Positions 1-13,564 are shown, counted from the stretch's first letter. The stretch is 64,000 nucleotides of DNA from Schmidtea polychroa (GCA_044892525.1 CM097885.1:52454001-52518000); one strand, 5' to 3'. The notes: generated from the sequence alone by a model not told the origin. Numbers and translations are program-made.

Positions 1-1040
1 GCTATCAACAAAAGATCAACAATCCAGGAAGAACAATTGCAGCAATTGAAGCTAATGATGAGTCGATGCCACTGGAGTATTCAGACGATGCAGAAGACAA
101 ATATGAGGATATTCATCACCCAAAAGTACATGCTTCGACACGGGAGGCAATGATCGGAGCAATATACTAGGTAATTTTGATATTGATGTAAATATTGGTC
201 ATAATAATTTTAATAGTGTAAATAATCCTTATATATATATAATAATGTAGAACCGTTATGTAATAAAATTTGTAATTTTAAAAAGTTTCTTTTAAATAAT
301 TTAAAATTTTATAGTTATTTTAATGCTGATCGATCTTTAATAAATAATAATAATAATCCTAAGAATCAAGAAATATCAGAGGAGCAAAATATTTTCACTA
401 AAGATGAATGGAAACGACCGATCCTGAGTAATGACAAAATGCAAGGTAGACCGAGTACAACGCTTGAAATTCAGGGCCATAGAATGGAATGCTTACTAGA
501 TACAGGAGCAAGAGTAAATGTAATGGCAGAAGCAGTTGTGGACAAATTAGTGAATGTGAAAATCATAAAAACAGATGAGATGTTAAGATGTGCAAATGAT
601 AGTAAATTTGAGACAATCGGAAAAATACATATTGATGTTAGAATTGGTAATATGGAAAGAAAAATAACATTTATAATAGTTAAAAAATATTGTTCCAGAT
701 ATAATAGGCGGAGTGGAATTGCAGAAAGAGTTTGGAATTGAATTAAACTACATCAAGCAAAATGAAGAAGTATATAATGAATTTGTGTGTGAAATAGAAG
801 CTAGATTTGGGGAATAGATTACAAATAACGAGAGATGTCAAAAACCAATAGAAATTCTAAGATTAAACGAAAATAAAAGACTGTTAGATTGTGTAAAACA
901 ATAAAAGTGTTTTTATGGCTAATAACTGGGATATCGGATATACTGATTTAATTCCACATAAAATCATCACAAAAGAAAGGCCAATTATGATAAAACCCAG
1001 AAGACAACCCATCAATTTTTAGGAGAAGATAGAGTGAGAT
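1..1040 (+). pseudogene. Degenerate Ty3/gypsy fragment (gag end, aspartic protease, start of RT)
   Basis: ORF 439-741 has the retropepsin motif LLDTGA and resembles the proteases at 49059 and 52334-53383. Gag ends ...MIGAIY* near 170. Downstream NNWDIG-like RT leader is frameshifted. Confidence 0.85.
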
Positions 1041-1648
1041 CAGTTAGTAGAAATAATTATTTCTGTTAAATTTTTATATTTAAACTCCATATTAAATTAT
1101 ATCATATTATATTAAATTATATTAAATTATATTATATTATATTAAATCAATTAAATGTATATCCAGTAATTACATTAATATTAATAATTATCACGTCTCG
1201 GTGTTTAAATACGCTAGTAAATAAAAACCAGTTTGAAGGTGTTATAAAAAATAAATGCTTGAAGAAGATTTGAATTTAATTGCGCCTAACAATCATTTAA
1301 ATGAATTTAGATTATTCGATGATTTAATGTAATCATTAGAGGGTTAATATTTGTCTTCTTTGAAATTTAATGGCGACCATTTAGATATTTCTAGCATAGA
1401 TTGATAACTTTTCCCATCATAAATGAATTTATAATGAAGTTTCTGAATAATTTGAACAATAAATCTATCAAATTGAGTATACATGTCATAAATTTACGTT
1501 TAAGAAATCATTTTAATTAAAAATTTATTTATTTATTCAATCTAAATAATTTATTTGCCAGATTTTAGTAGAAAATTCTAATTTAAATTAATTAATAACT
1601 TGATTAATCAGTATTTAAGATAAATATTTACTGGATTACTAATAAATA

Positions 1649-1883
1649 CTCCCTCTGTCCAAAAATAATAGTCCAGTTTGACTTTGCTGCAATTTCTTTT
1701 ATGCGTAACAGTGATACTAAAAATGCAGTTTTGTTATTTGTTCAATCAATAAAATAAAATTATTTAATGTGTTATTATTGTAAAGGTTTTACAAAACCGT
1801 TCAATTTTTTATATTCTCTATTGACAATCATTTTGGGAAAAAGGCTAAAATGCAACTGGACTATCATTTTTGGACAGAGGGAG
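1649..1883. mobile_element. Stowaway-like (Tc1/mariner-type) MITE
   Basis: TIRs CTCCCTCTGTCCAAAAAT...ATTTTTGGACAGAGGGAG flanked by TA on both sides; 235 bp, non-coding. Confidence 0.85.
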
Positions 1884-2748
1884 TATAATTTAAAGTTATT
1901 TCGTTATTTAATTACCTTTTTATGATATTTATTTACCATAATTTGAATAATTTAAATATTTACTTGTACTGGTTAATTTTACAATAATTTTCTGTATTTT
2001 AATTCAAGAATGTATAATTTTACTAGTTATTACCTAGTTATTGGGAAATCTTACAAGCAGTAGCCTTAAATTCAGTCAATCAGCTGCATTTTTATTAATT
2101 TTTCATCCAACAAGTGTCATTTTCTTAACAATTAACTTCAATGAAGATGATTTTCTTTTAAAGATCAATTAATTTTATTCAAAAACATAATCTTAAGTCG
2201 TTAATTTTTAAATTAACCTTAAATATATTCATCAATCAAATTTTTAAATTACATTTATTCAAATTCAGACATTATTTATCAGTAATATACTTACTTAAAC
2301 CAAATTTATGGCTCCTAGCACCTCCCTTGAAACTGGAGTCTTTCCTTTTAACGATTTGTTATCGTTTTGCATTTCATATTCTGGCGGTGTATTGTAATCA
2401 CCTGAAAAGTCATTGCTCTGACGTTTATATTGCGTTTTGCTTCGTAATTTTCATCAGTCTGTATACGGAAACAACAATGATGTAAGGGTTATAATTTAAT
2501 CAGTTAATTAAATAATCTCAATAATTTCGATGCCAATTGACTGTTAATTGTAAATTCTTTCCCACTTACTATTAAAGTTTCTAAATAAAATTTTAAAAGG
2601 TTTTAAGTCAGTTGCAACTTTAAACATTTTCATATGCTCAACTATATGACTCACGCCTTTGAATCGGCTATGTTCCTGAATTCCTGTGCAGAATCGATGG
2701 GTAGTATGCGATGTATGTGACATTGCACCCATTACATAAAAAATTATA

Positions 2749-2935
2749 CTCCCTCTGTCCAAAAATTGATGTCAATAGAGAATATAAAAAATTGAACGGT
2801 TTTCTAAAATCTTTTACAGTAAAAACACATTAAATAATTTTATTTTATTGATTGAACAAATAACAAAACTGCATTTTAAGTATCACTGTTACGTATTAAG
2901 AAATTACGAAATTACTGGACTATCATTTTTGGACA
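2749..2935. mobile_element. Second, inverted and partly truncated copy of the same MITE
   Basis: Starts TA|CTCCCTCTGTCCAAAAAT. Interior is the reverse complement of 1700-1830. Right TIR is truncated after GGACA. Confidence 0.8.
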
Positions 2936-3347
2936 CTAAATCTATTTATTTCTAAACATATTTAATGATTTTAAAGATTTTCATACTATTTTAAATAAAT
3001 TGGAATTGCCTAATGATTTCATTACAGAAAACCTTAAAACCTTTCAAATATGGAATAACTAAAACATGAGATTTTAAAGGATTGCCATCATTAAATGAAC
3101 TGTAATTTTCCTTATTTTCATTATGTGCAATCGAAAAGCGATCTTTGGTTTCCTTTGTCAATCTTTCTAAAACTGTTTTGTCAACATTAAATTTAAAAAC
3201 CTAACATACAAGGTATTGATATATGAATGAGATATGATATTGTACACTGTTAAGTAATATTTTGGGATATTTGAGCTGAAGTTAAACTACACATATCATC
3301 ATTTCCCAGAAAAACTTTACTGATTTAAGTGTGCATCTATTTTAATT

Positions 3348-4583
3348 TATATAGTTTTTCGAGTTATTAAGACAGTGTTACAATCAATTAAGTAAATTTA
3401 TAAATTAAAATCAAATTTCATCTCCTTGATTGGATATCCAAATTTATCAACAGATGAATTACAACTTGCCAATACAAATGGAAATGAATCGATACTAGTT
3501 CCAGAGATTCAGGAGGAACGTCGAGAAATTACGTGTAAAGCAGTCACACCAGAGATGCGTAGAAGATTAATAAACCTCACACTCGAATGTTTTGGAAATA
3601 TTAGCATTACAAGGCTATTAAAACTCCCAAGAACAACTGTCGTAACAATCGTGTCGAAATTTCTTGCTACAAGTCAAGAATATATACGAAGCCGAGGATG
3701 GGATACAAGAAGGAAATTGTCTAGTCAACAAAAGAAACAATTTGCGGCTGGGTTGATCAAAATTGTCTCTTAACTCTTAGGGAATTTGCAAGACGAATGA
3801 ATGAATCGATCGATCGTTGTTTGGCCAACTTTATTAGACAATCAAAACTGTGCTCCTCGTCCTCGTTTATCGCAATACTGAGAGTACAATTGCATTACAA
3901 TTTGACTATGCACAAGAATTTCGTCAGTTGAAGCAAAATAATCTAATCAAATCGTTTTTATTTTTGGACGAGGTTGGATTCAAAGTATATACAAGACCGA
4001 AAAGCGGAAGATCGCAAGTTGGTACGCGCGCAACTACAACTGTTTCACACGCAAGAAGCCGAAACATATCTGTTGTATCAGTTATGAACAGGCATGGATA
4101 AATTTATCACAAAGTGCATGATCGTACTGTGCTGTTAATGGCGAAAACTTTCAAGTTTGTCTAACAGAACTAAGAAACAAATGCAGAATGTTAGGTATTG
4201 TTTCTCCCATAATAATTATGGATAATGCGAGTATTCATCACTATCAGAGCTTAAATTTTGAGGGTTTTCAACTTTATACCTACCACCATACTGTCCAGTT
4301 CTTAATCCCATTAGAAATTGCTTTAGTAAATGGAAGAATATGGAAGAGGCGTGGATGCATGAATAAACGCCAATTAAAGGATAGAATCACCACAGCTTTT
4401 GGTGAAATTACATCCACAGATTGTGATGGCTATTATCAAAATATGTTGAGGTATCTAAATAAGTCAGCGAAACAAGAAATTATCGAATATTAACATTAAA
4501 TCTTCTTGTTTATCTTTTTGATTTTAATTTATAATTTACTTAATTGACTACAACATTGACTAAATAGCTTGAAAAACTATATA
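3348..4583 (+). mobile_element. IS630/Tc1/mariner DNA transposon with disrupted transposase
   Basis: ~65-bp imperfect TIRs (TATATAGTTTTTC(G/A)AG...TAAATTAAAATCAAA). Broken ORFs 3426-4493 carry an HTH-like region, FLDEVGF, IMDNASIHH and a frameshifted YLPPY-P-LNP motif. Confidence 0.85.
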
Positions 4584-4899
4584 TTTTGTATGTATCCACT
4601 GAAGATTATATGGCAATAATCCATGTATCTACACTAGTTATTGGTTCCACGAAAACTGTGCGTAAATGGAGTCATAGGAATAAAAGGTTAAATGAAACAT
4701 ATTCCATTTTGAATTGTGAGAATTGTGTCAATCCTTTTGGATGTAATTAATTATTGTTCACCAAAAGTCAGATAAAGTAATCTTTCCTTCCCGAATATAA
4801 ACTGTCAAATTCAGAATATATTTCCATTAAGTTTTTAAGAATTGTAATTTGCAAAATACATAATAATTTTTCTAGTTTCTAATTTCATCATATTTATAG

Positions 4900-5446
4900 C
4901 GTTTAATTCCTAATCCCAGTCCAATGGCTTTGTCAACATTATTTATAGGAAGCATGGAAGCAAGCAAATTCGATTCGGCTTTCAAAATATGGGAACAATT
5001 ATTAGAGTTCTCTAAAAATAAATTTAAAGTGATCATATATTTACATATTGTCATTCTTATACACAATGTCTCTCAAGTAGATTTGGTCGAATGAATCTAA
5101 ATTGTGGACGGGTTCATACATTCCTGCAGCTGCAAGCTATATTGATTCGGTTCTTTTTGGAATGTTCAAATTGAAAATTAGAAAAACTGGTTTGTATATG
5201 AAACCTGAATTGATCAAGTCGATTACATTTATTCAACTATCATGCCTAACATATTTCGATTCGAAAATTAAAGTAACTGTTGAAAAAGATAAAGGGATAA
5301 CTGTGGAATTAATTTCAAAGAAATCTGGGGCCCCACTTTTGGGTGTAAGTATCGTCCAGGAACAAAATTCTGTTATCCTTACCGATAAATTTATATTTCC
5401 TTTGCAATCATATCTTGTATTTCGACGCATTAAATCAAATTCTTAA
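4900..5446 (+). CDS. 3' exons of a GH65 / PGGHG-like glycosidase (exons 4900-5028 and 5081-5446); upstream exons not recognised
   Basis: A GT-AG intron at 5029-5080 joins PSPMALSTLFIGSME...KFK to IWSNESKLWTGSYIPAAASYIDSVLFGMFKLKIRKTGLYMKP in frame. From memory this resembles the C-terminal part of PGGHG/ATHL1. Confidence 0.55.
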
Positions 5447-6005
5447 ATGAATATTATTTCTAATATGTTTATCATTTTACTGTTTTATATTTTAATTAGA
5501 TTTTGTTGGTAAATTTTTGTACTTTTATATTTCTATTTTTGTATTTTTTTTCTATTTATTGCTTATTGAGTTTTAGCTTCATTTACTAAATTTCTATCGT
5601 GAAAATTATCCTTTTTACATAACTTGTAATATATATTAATGGAAAATAGAGTAGCCCATGTTTTGTTTTGTTTCTTCAATTATTATTATATCAAAGATAT
5701 TATTAATTACTGTAAATCAGATGATGCACTGATAGAAAAGCTATACACTAAAGATGTGTCAGATGATAAAAAACTGTAAAGCAGTAGTGTAGGTAAATAG
5801 AGAACCGAGGGATATTTACCAATATATATCACACATGGCGTACCAAGACGAAGAGATATGAGAGCACTCAACTTCAAAGATTTCCGTATTAATCAAAGAA
5901 TGAAAGATTTCCCCATTAAACATGCCATAGAAAGTCGAACAGTTAAGTAATATTCCATTATATAATCAAAACTTCGACTTCATCAAACCATTCTAACTAA
6001 TTATA

Positions 6006-6839
6006 ATGAATAAAATATGTCAGAATCCTACTTGTAATAAGAAAACTACACACTTTCTATTGAAGCTTTTTCAATGTAATCATATTTTCTGTTGCCATTG
6101 CTTCCGAGAGTTCTTCAATAACAATGATTTTTGTCCATTTGATAAAAACATTACGAAAGAAATTCTTATTTGCGATATAAATAACGTACCAATATTAACT
6201 AAAACAATGGATTTGGTTCGTTTTGATATGGTTTACAATAGTTTCAACTATATCTGGCCAGAAATGTCTGAGGAAATCATTTATAGGTGCAATTGTGTCG
6301 TAGATGATAAACTTTCCAAAATGAAAGACCTGATGATAGATTTCCAGGCAAGTTTAAAATTACACTTAAATTGTTTTAATCATGTTGCTGGATTTTTAAA
6401 AGGTTTTGTGCGTTCTTTTATCAATTATTTCTTTAAAAATCTTTGTCGTTCGACTGAAAAATTTTATGAAAAAAGTATTCAATTTCAAAATGATCTCATA
6501 TTTACCAATTTGCTTCTCAAACATTACTCGACTATGATGACCTCCATCAACAAAGATATTGGAAATACTCTATGTCCGAATCGGATGAAGAAAATTGAAG
6601 AAGACTGGAAGCAAGTCAACTCAAATTTCAACAAAATCAATTTGCTTGTTGAATGGTTAATTTCAACACAAATGTACATTCTGTCTATGTGTGAATCTCA
6701 AGAGAACGATAATGTTTCTCAAAGCTCTCTTTTGGATTTGAAGTCATTCAAACTATCGAAAAAAATTCATAAAATCTATTGTGAAATAAATCAAGTTTTG
6801 CAAAATACATCAGAAGGGTCTGTGACTCGATACGATTAA
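6006..6839 (+). CDS. Intronless RING-finger (C3HC3D-like) plus helical-domain protein, copy 1 (277 aa)
   Basis: N-terminal C-x4-C...CNHIFCCHC...CPFD; intact ORF; TATA-like TTATATAAT ~45 bp upstream; three paralogs in the window. Confidence 0.8.
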   Translation: MNKICQNPTCNKKTTHFLLKLFQCNHIFCCHCFREFFNNNDFCPFDKNITKEILICDINNVPILTKTMDLVRFDMVYNSFNYIWPEMSEEIIYRCNCVVDDKLSKMKDLMIDFQASLKLHLNCFNHVAGFLKGFVRSFINYFFKNLCRSTEKFYEKSIQFQNDLIFTNLLLKHYSTMMTSINKDIGNTLCPNRMKKIEEDWKQVNSNFNKINLLVEWLISTQMYILSMCESQENDNVSQSSLLDLKSFKLSKKIHKIYCEINQVLQNTSEGSVTRYD

Positions 6840-7229
6840 TATCACAATTAATTACTCTAAATTCATTAGAAAAATCACCCCCATCCTATTATAAGAAAAA
6901 TATTTATATTTCAATTAGTTAGATAAATATTAATAAATAATATTTTCCAAAATCAAATACATTTTTCATATTAATAATAATTACATGGCACACATAAAAT
7001 TCGTTATTCGCATTTTCTAATTATTTTATTTTTTAAATTTTAACAATTTATTGAATAATTTTAATACGTTGTCACCTCTCTTTCTAATACGGTGTCTTTT
7101 TCTAACTTCCATTTTTAAGTCATCTAAGTTACTAATAATTAATAGTCCAAACAAAAAGAAATATTACAATTTCTATTTATATTTCTTTCAATACTAAATC
7201 TTGCAATTAAATTGAGAGTATTTAAATTA

Positions 7230-8475
7230 CCCACAATTAAAAATAAATAATTAGAAAATTAATTTATCAAGTATTTGATCATGTCCTCGAACATTCAAAA
7301 CATTTCTTGGGATTAAGTTCATTTTAAAAGTTGTGTTGGTGATATTAATGATATTAAAATTGCAACAAAGTAATGAACTCAACTTAGGTTTATATCTGCA
7401 CGTTGACTTTTCGCATTCCGATCATAAAGTTTGTTGATTTGGGTATCAAACCTGTTTTTAGCCAACAAGAATAAGAAAACTGCTTAAAACTAATTTAATT
7501 CTAGCTAGTCCGATTTTGTAATCTGAAGGAACTTGTATTGTTTTTGTTGAATTTTTATTATTACTTCTTTCTGGTACATTGTTTTCATGAACCAGTTCGG
7601 TACTTCCGTGTTATCTTACCCCCAAAAATTAAATTAAAAAAGAACACAATTATTATATTTATTTTCTAAATCACAGTTACAAATTCAGCAAATGTTTGTA
7701 AAGAGTTTGTAAATGGTCATCCAGGTGGCCAGAAAACTACAATGTCGTTGAGAATAGTGTCGAACACATCGGCACTGTTGCTTAGAACACGTTTGCGCCA
7801 CATAAACTCACATAATCACATAAATCACAGATAGCCTTAATAAATTCATGTTCAATAATTTCCAAGACGTCATCAATAATGTATTCTCTCATTTATTATA
7901 TTGTTATTTTAATTGTATTTTATAATTTAATTTTTGGGGGTAAGATAACACGGAAGTACCACCAGTTCTTTCACTTTTGTTTTTGTATTGAACAAATTAG
8001 ATCAGTTTGATACTTCTTTTTTTGGGTCTTCTTCGTTTGGAAAATGTTTTGACAACTTTATTTTCTTGATCTTCAACTTTTCTCGGTCGACCTATATTTC
8101 TAAATTTAAATTCTGCAATGAAATCATTTAGATTTAGTTTTGAAGTTGTTAGTTATTTTTTTCTTAGAAATTGTTCTGCAAATGTTGTGAATGGAGTTCA
8201 ATGTTATTGACACATTCGTTTAATGAATCTTCACTGAGGAGCATAACAATGTATAGTTGTGAATCCTTCGATTTTTATTTTCTTTACAATTGTTTTATTT
8301 TCACTTAAATTTACTGTTTTTTCGAAAACTTTATCAATCAAATTTGCTTGTGCTGTTACTGTGTTTTTCGGTTCGCCTCTTTTAGATTGAGTTTTGATAA
8401 CTTTGTTATCTGTGGGTTATCTTGGCCTTGTCTTTTAATTACATGAAAAGTCTTCAAATAAATCGCCATAAATAT
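7230..8475 (-). pseudogene. Pseudogene paralog of the AT-hook gene at 12458-13564
   Basis: Minus strand reads IYGDLFEDFSCN*KTRPR*PTDNKVIKTQSKRGEPK, versus IYGDLIEDFPCNKKGRPRKNPENKVIKTRSKRGRPK in the intact gene. A second GRPRK/RRPKK pair lies near 8090-8020. Stops present; interrupted by a Merlin element; left limit approximate. Confidence 0.65.
7599..7960 (-). mobile_element. Internally deleted Merlin (IS1016/IS1595-like) DNA transposon
   Basis: TIRs GGTACTTCCGTGTTATCTTACCCCCAAAAATTAAATTA; 8-bp TSD ACCAGTTC (7591-7598, 7961-7968). Minus strand retains a transposase C-terminus CEFMWRKRVLSNSADVFDTILNDIVVFWPPG*. Confidence 0.85.
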
Positions 8476-9625
8476 ATATTACCTGCACATGGGTGATATT
8501 AAACAAATTACAAAATACGACTCAAATGTTTTTCATTCATTAGTTTTCTTTAAATCTGGGAAAAGCTACAAGTGATGAAAAAATATTAATTAATAAAGAA
8601 ATTGGTTTCCAAAGTGAAGTCACTAAAGTGCAATGTTTAGGAACATAAAAATGGTCTCCGTAAGAAAATGATTCGTAATCTGACGCTGAATCTCCTTTAT
8701 TATACTAAAAAAACATAACACTGTAAGATTTATTTTGAGACACGATTAATGTAATTGTAATGGTATATTTGACTGTCCCTAACCCTCATTATATAATGAA
8801 ACTAATAATTAAAATGTGATAATGAATGCACATTTTCTTGAACAATATTGAAAATTTGGTTCTTTAGTTTATGTCATTGTTTATTTTTTATGTTATTGGT
8901 TTATATATTGTGTAGTTTTCATCCTCATCATACATATATTGTATAGTTTTCATTATTAGATTTTTACGTTTTGTTATTAAACCTTACTTAATGGTGGTCA
9001 GATTTAGGTAATGATATTGAGAATTTGATTAATTATCAAAAATGAGATATTAATGGATAAATTTATATATTTTCATTGAAGTACAGATTATAATCTCAAA
9101 TGTAATACAATATTTTAGGCTTTAACTAGACAATAAAGAAGAAAAGAGTGAAATTAAACGTTGAGTAATTAGCAAGGATTTACTAAAAAAAAGATAGCGA
9201 AAGAAGAATCGAAATATGACGGAGAATCAGAACAAAAAGATTCCATACAACATGAAAGAATGTTATTTGCAAATGGAATTAAGCAACACAAAAGTAAGTG
9301 GCGAAACTTTGTAGCAAAATCCATATTCAGAAGTGATTATTTGAATATATAATAATTGAGGTGAAAATTAGGTTGGGTGAGCTTGTAATGAAAATACCCT
9401 CAGTAATCTTGATAGTAATAAGATAATAACTTTAGTAGAGAAAATATAATATCTCATTCAAATTTCAGATATTTTTATGTGTAATAAGTGGAATTTAAGC
9501 AAAATAAATATTTTATAACATCGTTTTAGAAAGAAAGATGAAAACGTATTAAAAGTATTAAATAAATTGTTAAGATTTAACGAAAAATAAAATAATTAGA
9601 AAATGCGAATAAAGAATTTTATGTG

Positions 9626-9698
9626 AGTAGGTAGTTAGTAGCTCTCTGCCGCAATGGGGGGGAACCTTATTGCGGCAGGGAGCTACTAACTACCTACT
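9626..9698. mobile_element. 73-bp mini-element made of two Polinton-type termini
   Basis: 30-bp TIRs AGTAGGTAGTTAGTAGCTC(T/C)CTGCCGCAAT, 13-bp spacer, 6-bp TSD TATGTG. The paralogous flank of RING copy 1 (~6985-7000) shows the empty site. Confidence 0.85.
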
Positions 9699-9855
9699 TA
9701 TGTGTGCCAAGTAATTATTATTGATATGAAAAATGTATTTGACTTAGGAAAATATTATTTATTAATATTTATCGAACTAGTTAAAATATAAATATTTTTC
9801 TTATAATAGGATGGGGGTGATTTTTCTAATGATTTTACAGTAATTAATTTTGATA

Positions 9856-10689
9856 TTAATCGTACCGAGTCACAGACCCTTCTGATGTCTTTTGCAAAAC
9901 TTTATTTACTTCACAATAGATTTTATGAATTTTTTTCGATAGTTTGAATGACTTCAAGTCCAAAAGAAAGCCTTGAGAAACATTATCGTTCTCTTGAGAT
10001 TCACACATAGTCAGGATGTACATTTGTGTTGCACTTAACCTTTCCACAAGCAACTTGATTTTGTTGAAATTTGAGTTGACTTGCTTCCAGTCTTCTTCAA
10101 TTTTCTTCATCCGATTCGGACATAGAGTATTTCCAATATTTTTGTTGATGGAGGTCATCATAGTCGAGTAATGTTTGAGAAGCAAATTTATAAATATGAG
10201 ATCTTTTTGAAATTGAATAGTTTTTTCGTAAAGATTTTCAGTCGAACAACAAAGACGTTTAAAGAAATAATTTTTAATGGAACTCACGAAACCTTTCAAA
10301 AATCCAGCAACATGATTTTTACCATTTAGGTATAATTTTAAACTTGACCGGAAATCTATGATCAGGTATTTTATATTGGAAAGTTTATCATTTAGGACGC
10401 AATTGCACCTATAAATGATTTCCTCAGACATTTCTGGCCAGATATAGCTGAAACCATTGTCAACCATGTCAAAACGAACCAAATCCATTGTTTTAGTTAA
10501 TATTGGTACGTTATTTATATCGCAAATAAGAATTTCTTTCGTAATGTTTTTATCGAATGGACAAAGATCATTGTTATTGAAGAACTCTCGGAAGCAATCG
10601 CAACAGAAAACATGATTACATTGAACAAGCTTCAATATAAAGTGTGTAGTTTTCTTATTACAAGTAGGATTCTGACATATTTTATTCAT
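9856..10689 (-). CDS. RING-finger protein copy 2 (277 aa)
   Basis: Intact close paralog of 6006-6839 with shared upstream (~140 bp) and downstream (~260 bp) flanks. Confidence 0.8.
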   Translation of the reverse strand: MNKICQNPTCNKKTTHFILKLVQCNHVFCCDCFREFFNNNDLCPFDKNITKEILICDINNVPILTKTMDLVRFDMVDNGFSYIWPEMSEEIIYRCNCVLNDKLSNIKYLIIDFRSSLKLYLNGKNHVAGFLKGFVSSIKNYFFKRLCCSTENLYEKTIQFQKDLIFINLLLKHYSTMMTSINKNIGNTLCPNRMKKIEEDWKQVNSNFNKIKLLVERLSATQMYILTMCESQENDNVSQGFLLDLKSFKLSKKIHKIYCEVNKVLQKTSEGSVTRYD

Positions 10690-12300
10690 TATAATTAGTT
10701 AGAATGGTTTGATGAGGTCGAACCTTTGATTATATAATGAAATATTACTTAACTGTTCGACTTTCTACGGCATGTTTAATGGGGAAATCTTTCATTCTTT
10801 GATTAATACGGAATGCTTTGGAGTTGAATGTCCTTATTTTGAAAGAATCATAAATGCAAATCGATAACAGAGACATAATGGGATTTTGTGTTGACATTCT
10901 TTTTTTTATATAATGTTTATACGTATAATGTATTTATCCAGACGATTGCACGAGTAATCCTGGAAGTAAAATGACAACAATTTGAACTCTTTCATTTGAC
11001 AAGATGTATCATTCATCCCTAGAAGATTATAATCAAGAATATATATTAGTTGATTGAATAGGTAAAGGTCCTTCAATAAATTATAATTTTGAAGGAGAAC
11101 TTTGAATGAAGACATTTCCAGAAAAACTCACAAATATTCATTTGAAGATTTATTCTAAACAATTTCTTAAGAAACAAGTATTTACCGAGCTAAATATAAT
11201 CATAAGTTGATAAAACATTCTGTCAAGTAGGTGGACGTTTCTTTGTAAGGATTATCAAAAGGTTGGAATTGATGATCATAATGAAGCTAGACTGAAAAAG
11301 TACTTTATTAATTTTGTATTTACTGAATGTTATATTTACTGAATACCTTTAAAAGATCATGATTCTTATAACTATTAAAAATTTTATTGATAAAGATTTT
11401 GAACAAAAAACCTTCAATAATTTAGCTTTAAAAATTCTAATTTTACATAAACTAATAAAGATGATAATATGGTTTGAGGAGGAAAAAGAAAAGACGTGGA
11501 AAACGGATATAATAAAGTAATTACTGTGAAAATTAAAAATACTGTCACGGATGATAAAGTAGAGGAACTAAATCAATTATGAGATTATGGTTATGATGAA
11601 TGTCGAATGTCTGCAAAAATGTCGATGGCGATTATGGAGAAAACACAAATTATAAAAATTTTTATTAATAAAATTTTTATTTAAAATTGTTTTTCTTGTC
11701 TTTTTGGTGTTTCTTTTTATTTTATTTTATATTTCCATTTATTTACTTTTTTCTGACATTCTACAAAATATTAAGATATCAATTCCCTGCACAAAAATCC
11801 CTGTACATAAAATTTTGTGCTTTCTGGCGAGGCACTAACCCTAGTACAAAATCCTAAGCTCTTAATTGAATGTTCTTTCACTTTAACAACCTTGTGTCCC
11901 ACTGTACCAATTAGAAATTTTCCTGAAATCAAGATACCCCTCGCTAAAATGCGGTGGGTCAATATCTGCCTAATACTTTATGTTAATATATATTGATTAC
12001 GTACGTTTATACAATAAAATATTTTTGAATATACTAAATATGTAAATATTTGTTTGGGTCATTTTGAAGAGAATTAAAATCGGTCTATATACATACATAC
12101 ATATACAATACATATATTCATAATATAATAAATATTATTCAAATACGAATGAAACTATACGTAAATATTAAAAGAAAATATATGTGATTTCATTTTAAAA
12201 ATCTTTATTAAAATATATCTGTTTAATTCTCATTGACGATGGAATTAAAGTTGATGAAGAATTGTAATTTGTCTTACGAGTCTTGCATTATTATTATTTA

Positions 12301-12390
<90 letters not shown>

Positions 12391-12457
12391 ATTATTATTT
12401 TTATTTTTCAAATTATTACTTATTATTAAAATTCAAAATTATTCAAATAAAATATAT

Positions 12458-13159
12458 TTAATCTTCCTCAAAAGCTTCATACGCTAACAATTTCAGAGTT
12501 TCATATTTTAAATAAAAATCACTTTCTGTAATTTCATTCGGTTCGGTTTCAATTATTTGATGATCATTTTCATTATTATTACACTGAGAGTCTCTTTCAT
12601 TGTTTTTATTCTCATTTATTTGTTCATTGTTTCTAGCATTGTTCGAAGTATTTTGTTCACTGTTTTTTATTTGTTTCATTTCTTCTCTTTTATCGATTCT
12701 AGCTTTCACTTCATTTTTTTCATTTATATATTTTTTCCCAAGAAACTCATAAAAAACATATAGCATTCTATCAATACTACCATCGATGTCTGATAAATCT
12801 AAAAAATTAATATTATCATTTCTTATTTCTGTTGAATATTTTTCCATGAATGACGCAACAATATTTTCCTCCAATTCTTTTTGTTTCTTTTCTTTCTTTA
12901 CAATTACTTTATTTTTAGTTGGATTTGTTGCTTTGTTTTTACGATTTACCTTTTCACTTTTAACTGTAATCAAATTTGACTGGGTTGATACTTCTTTTTT
13001 CGGTCTGCCTCTTTTAGAACGAGTTTTGATAACTTTGTTTTCTGGATTTTTTCTCGGTCTTCCTTTTTTATTACATGGAAAGTCCTCAATTAAATCGCCA
13101 TAAATATCCGGATTAAATAAAAGATCTGAATTATTTACATTTGAATGCCATTGCTGTAA

Positions 13160-13225
<66 letters not shown>

Positions 13226-13564
13226 GTTAAAGTAGAAGATTTCATTGTTTGTTGTATTTTGTACCGGAATTTGTGAAGATTCACTTTTACCAATTTCATT
13301 CAAATTATTATTTTCATTGGGATTTGTTTCCATAAAATAATTCTGAAAATCGTTGATTTCATTTTCACTAAAATTCATTAGACATTCATTCATTGAATCT
13401 TCCTCCGGGGCCACAATTTCTGATTTGAATGTTTCTGAATTATTTGTAATCAGGTGCGAATAATTGTGCATTAATTCTGGCGGAACGGCAGATGCGTACT
13501 GCTGGTTGTCAACATTAAATATCTGGTAGAGAACATTATCAACAAATACGAATTCATTATTCAT
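12458..13564 (-). CDS. Intronless AT-hook, Asn-rich putative nuclear protein (368 aa)
   Basis: Two AT-hook motifs (KKGRPRK, KRGRPKK), poly-Asn from (AAT)n and a Lys-rich NLS-like stretch; CCAAT box upstream (~13650). Confidence 0.7.

Noticed and set aside
10870..11640. Coding-like purine-rich stretch
   Set aside because: Multiple stops in the frames examined and no recognisable motif.
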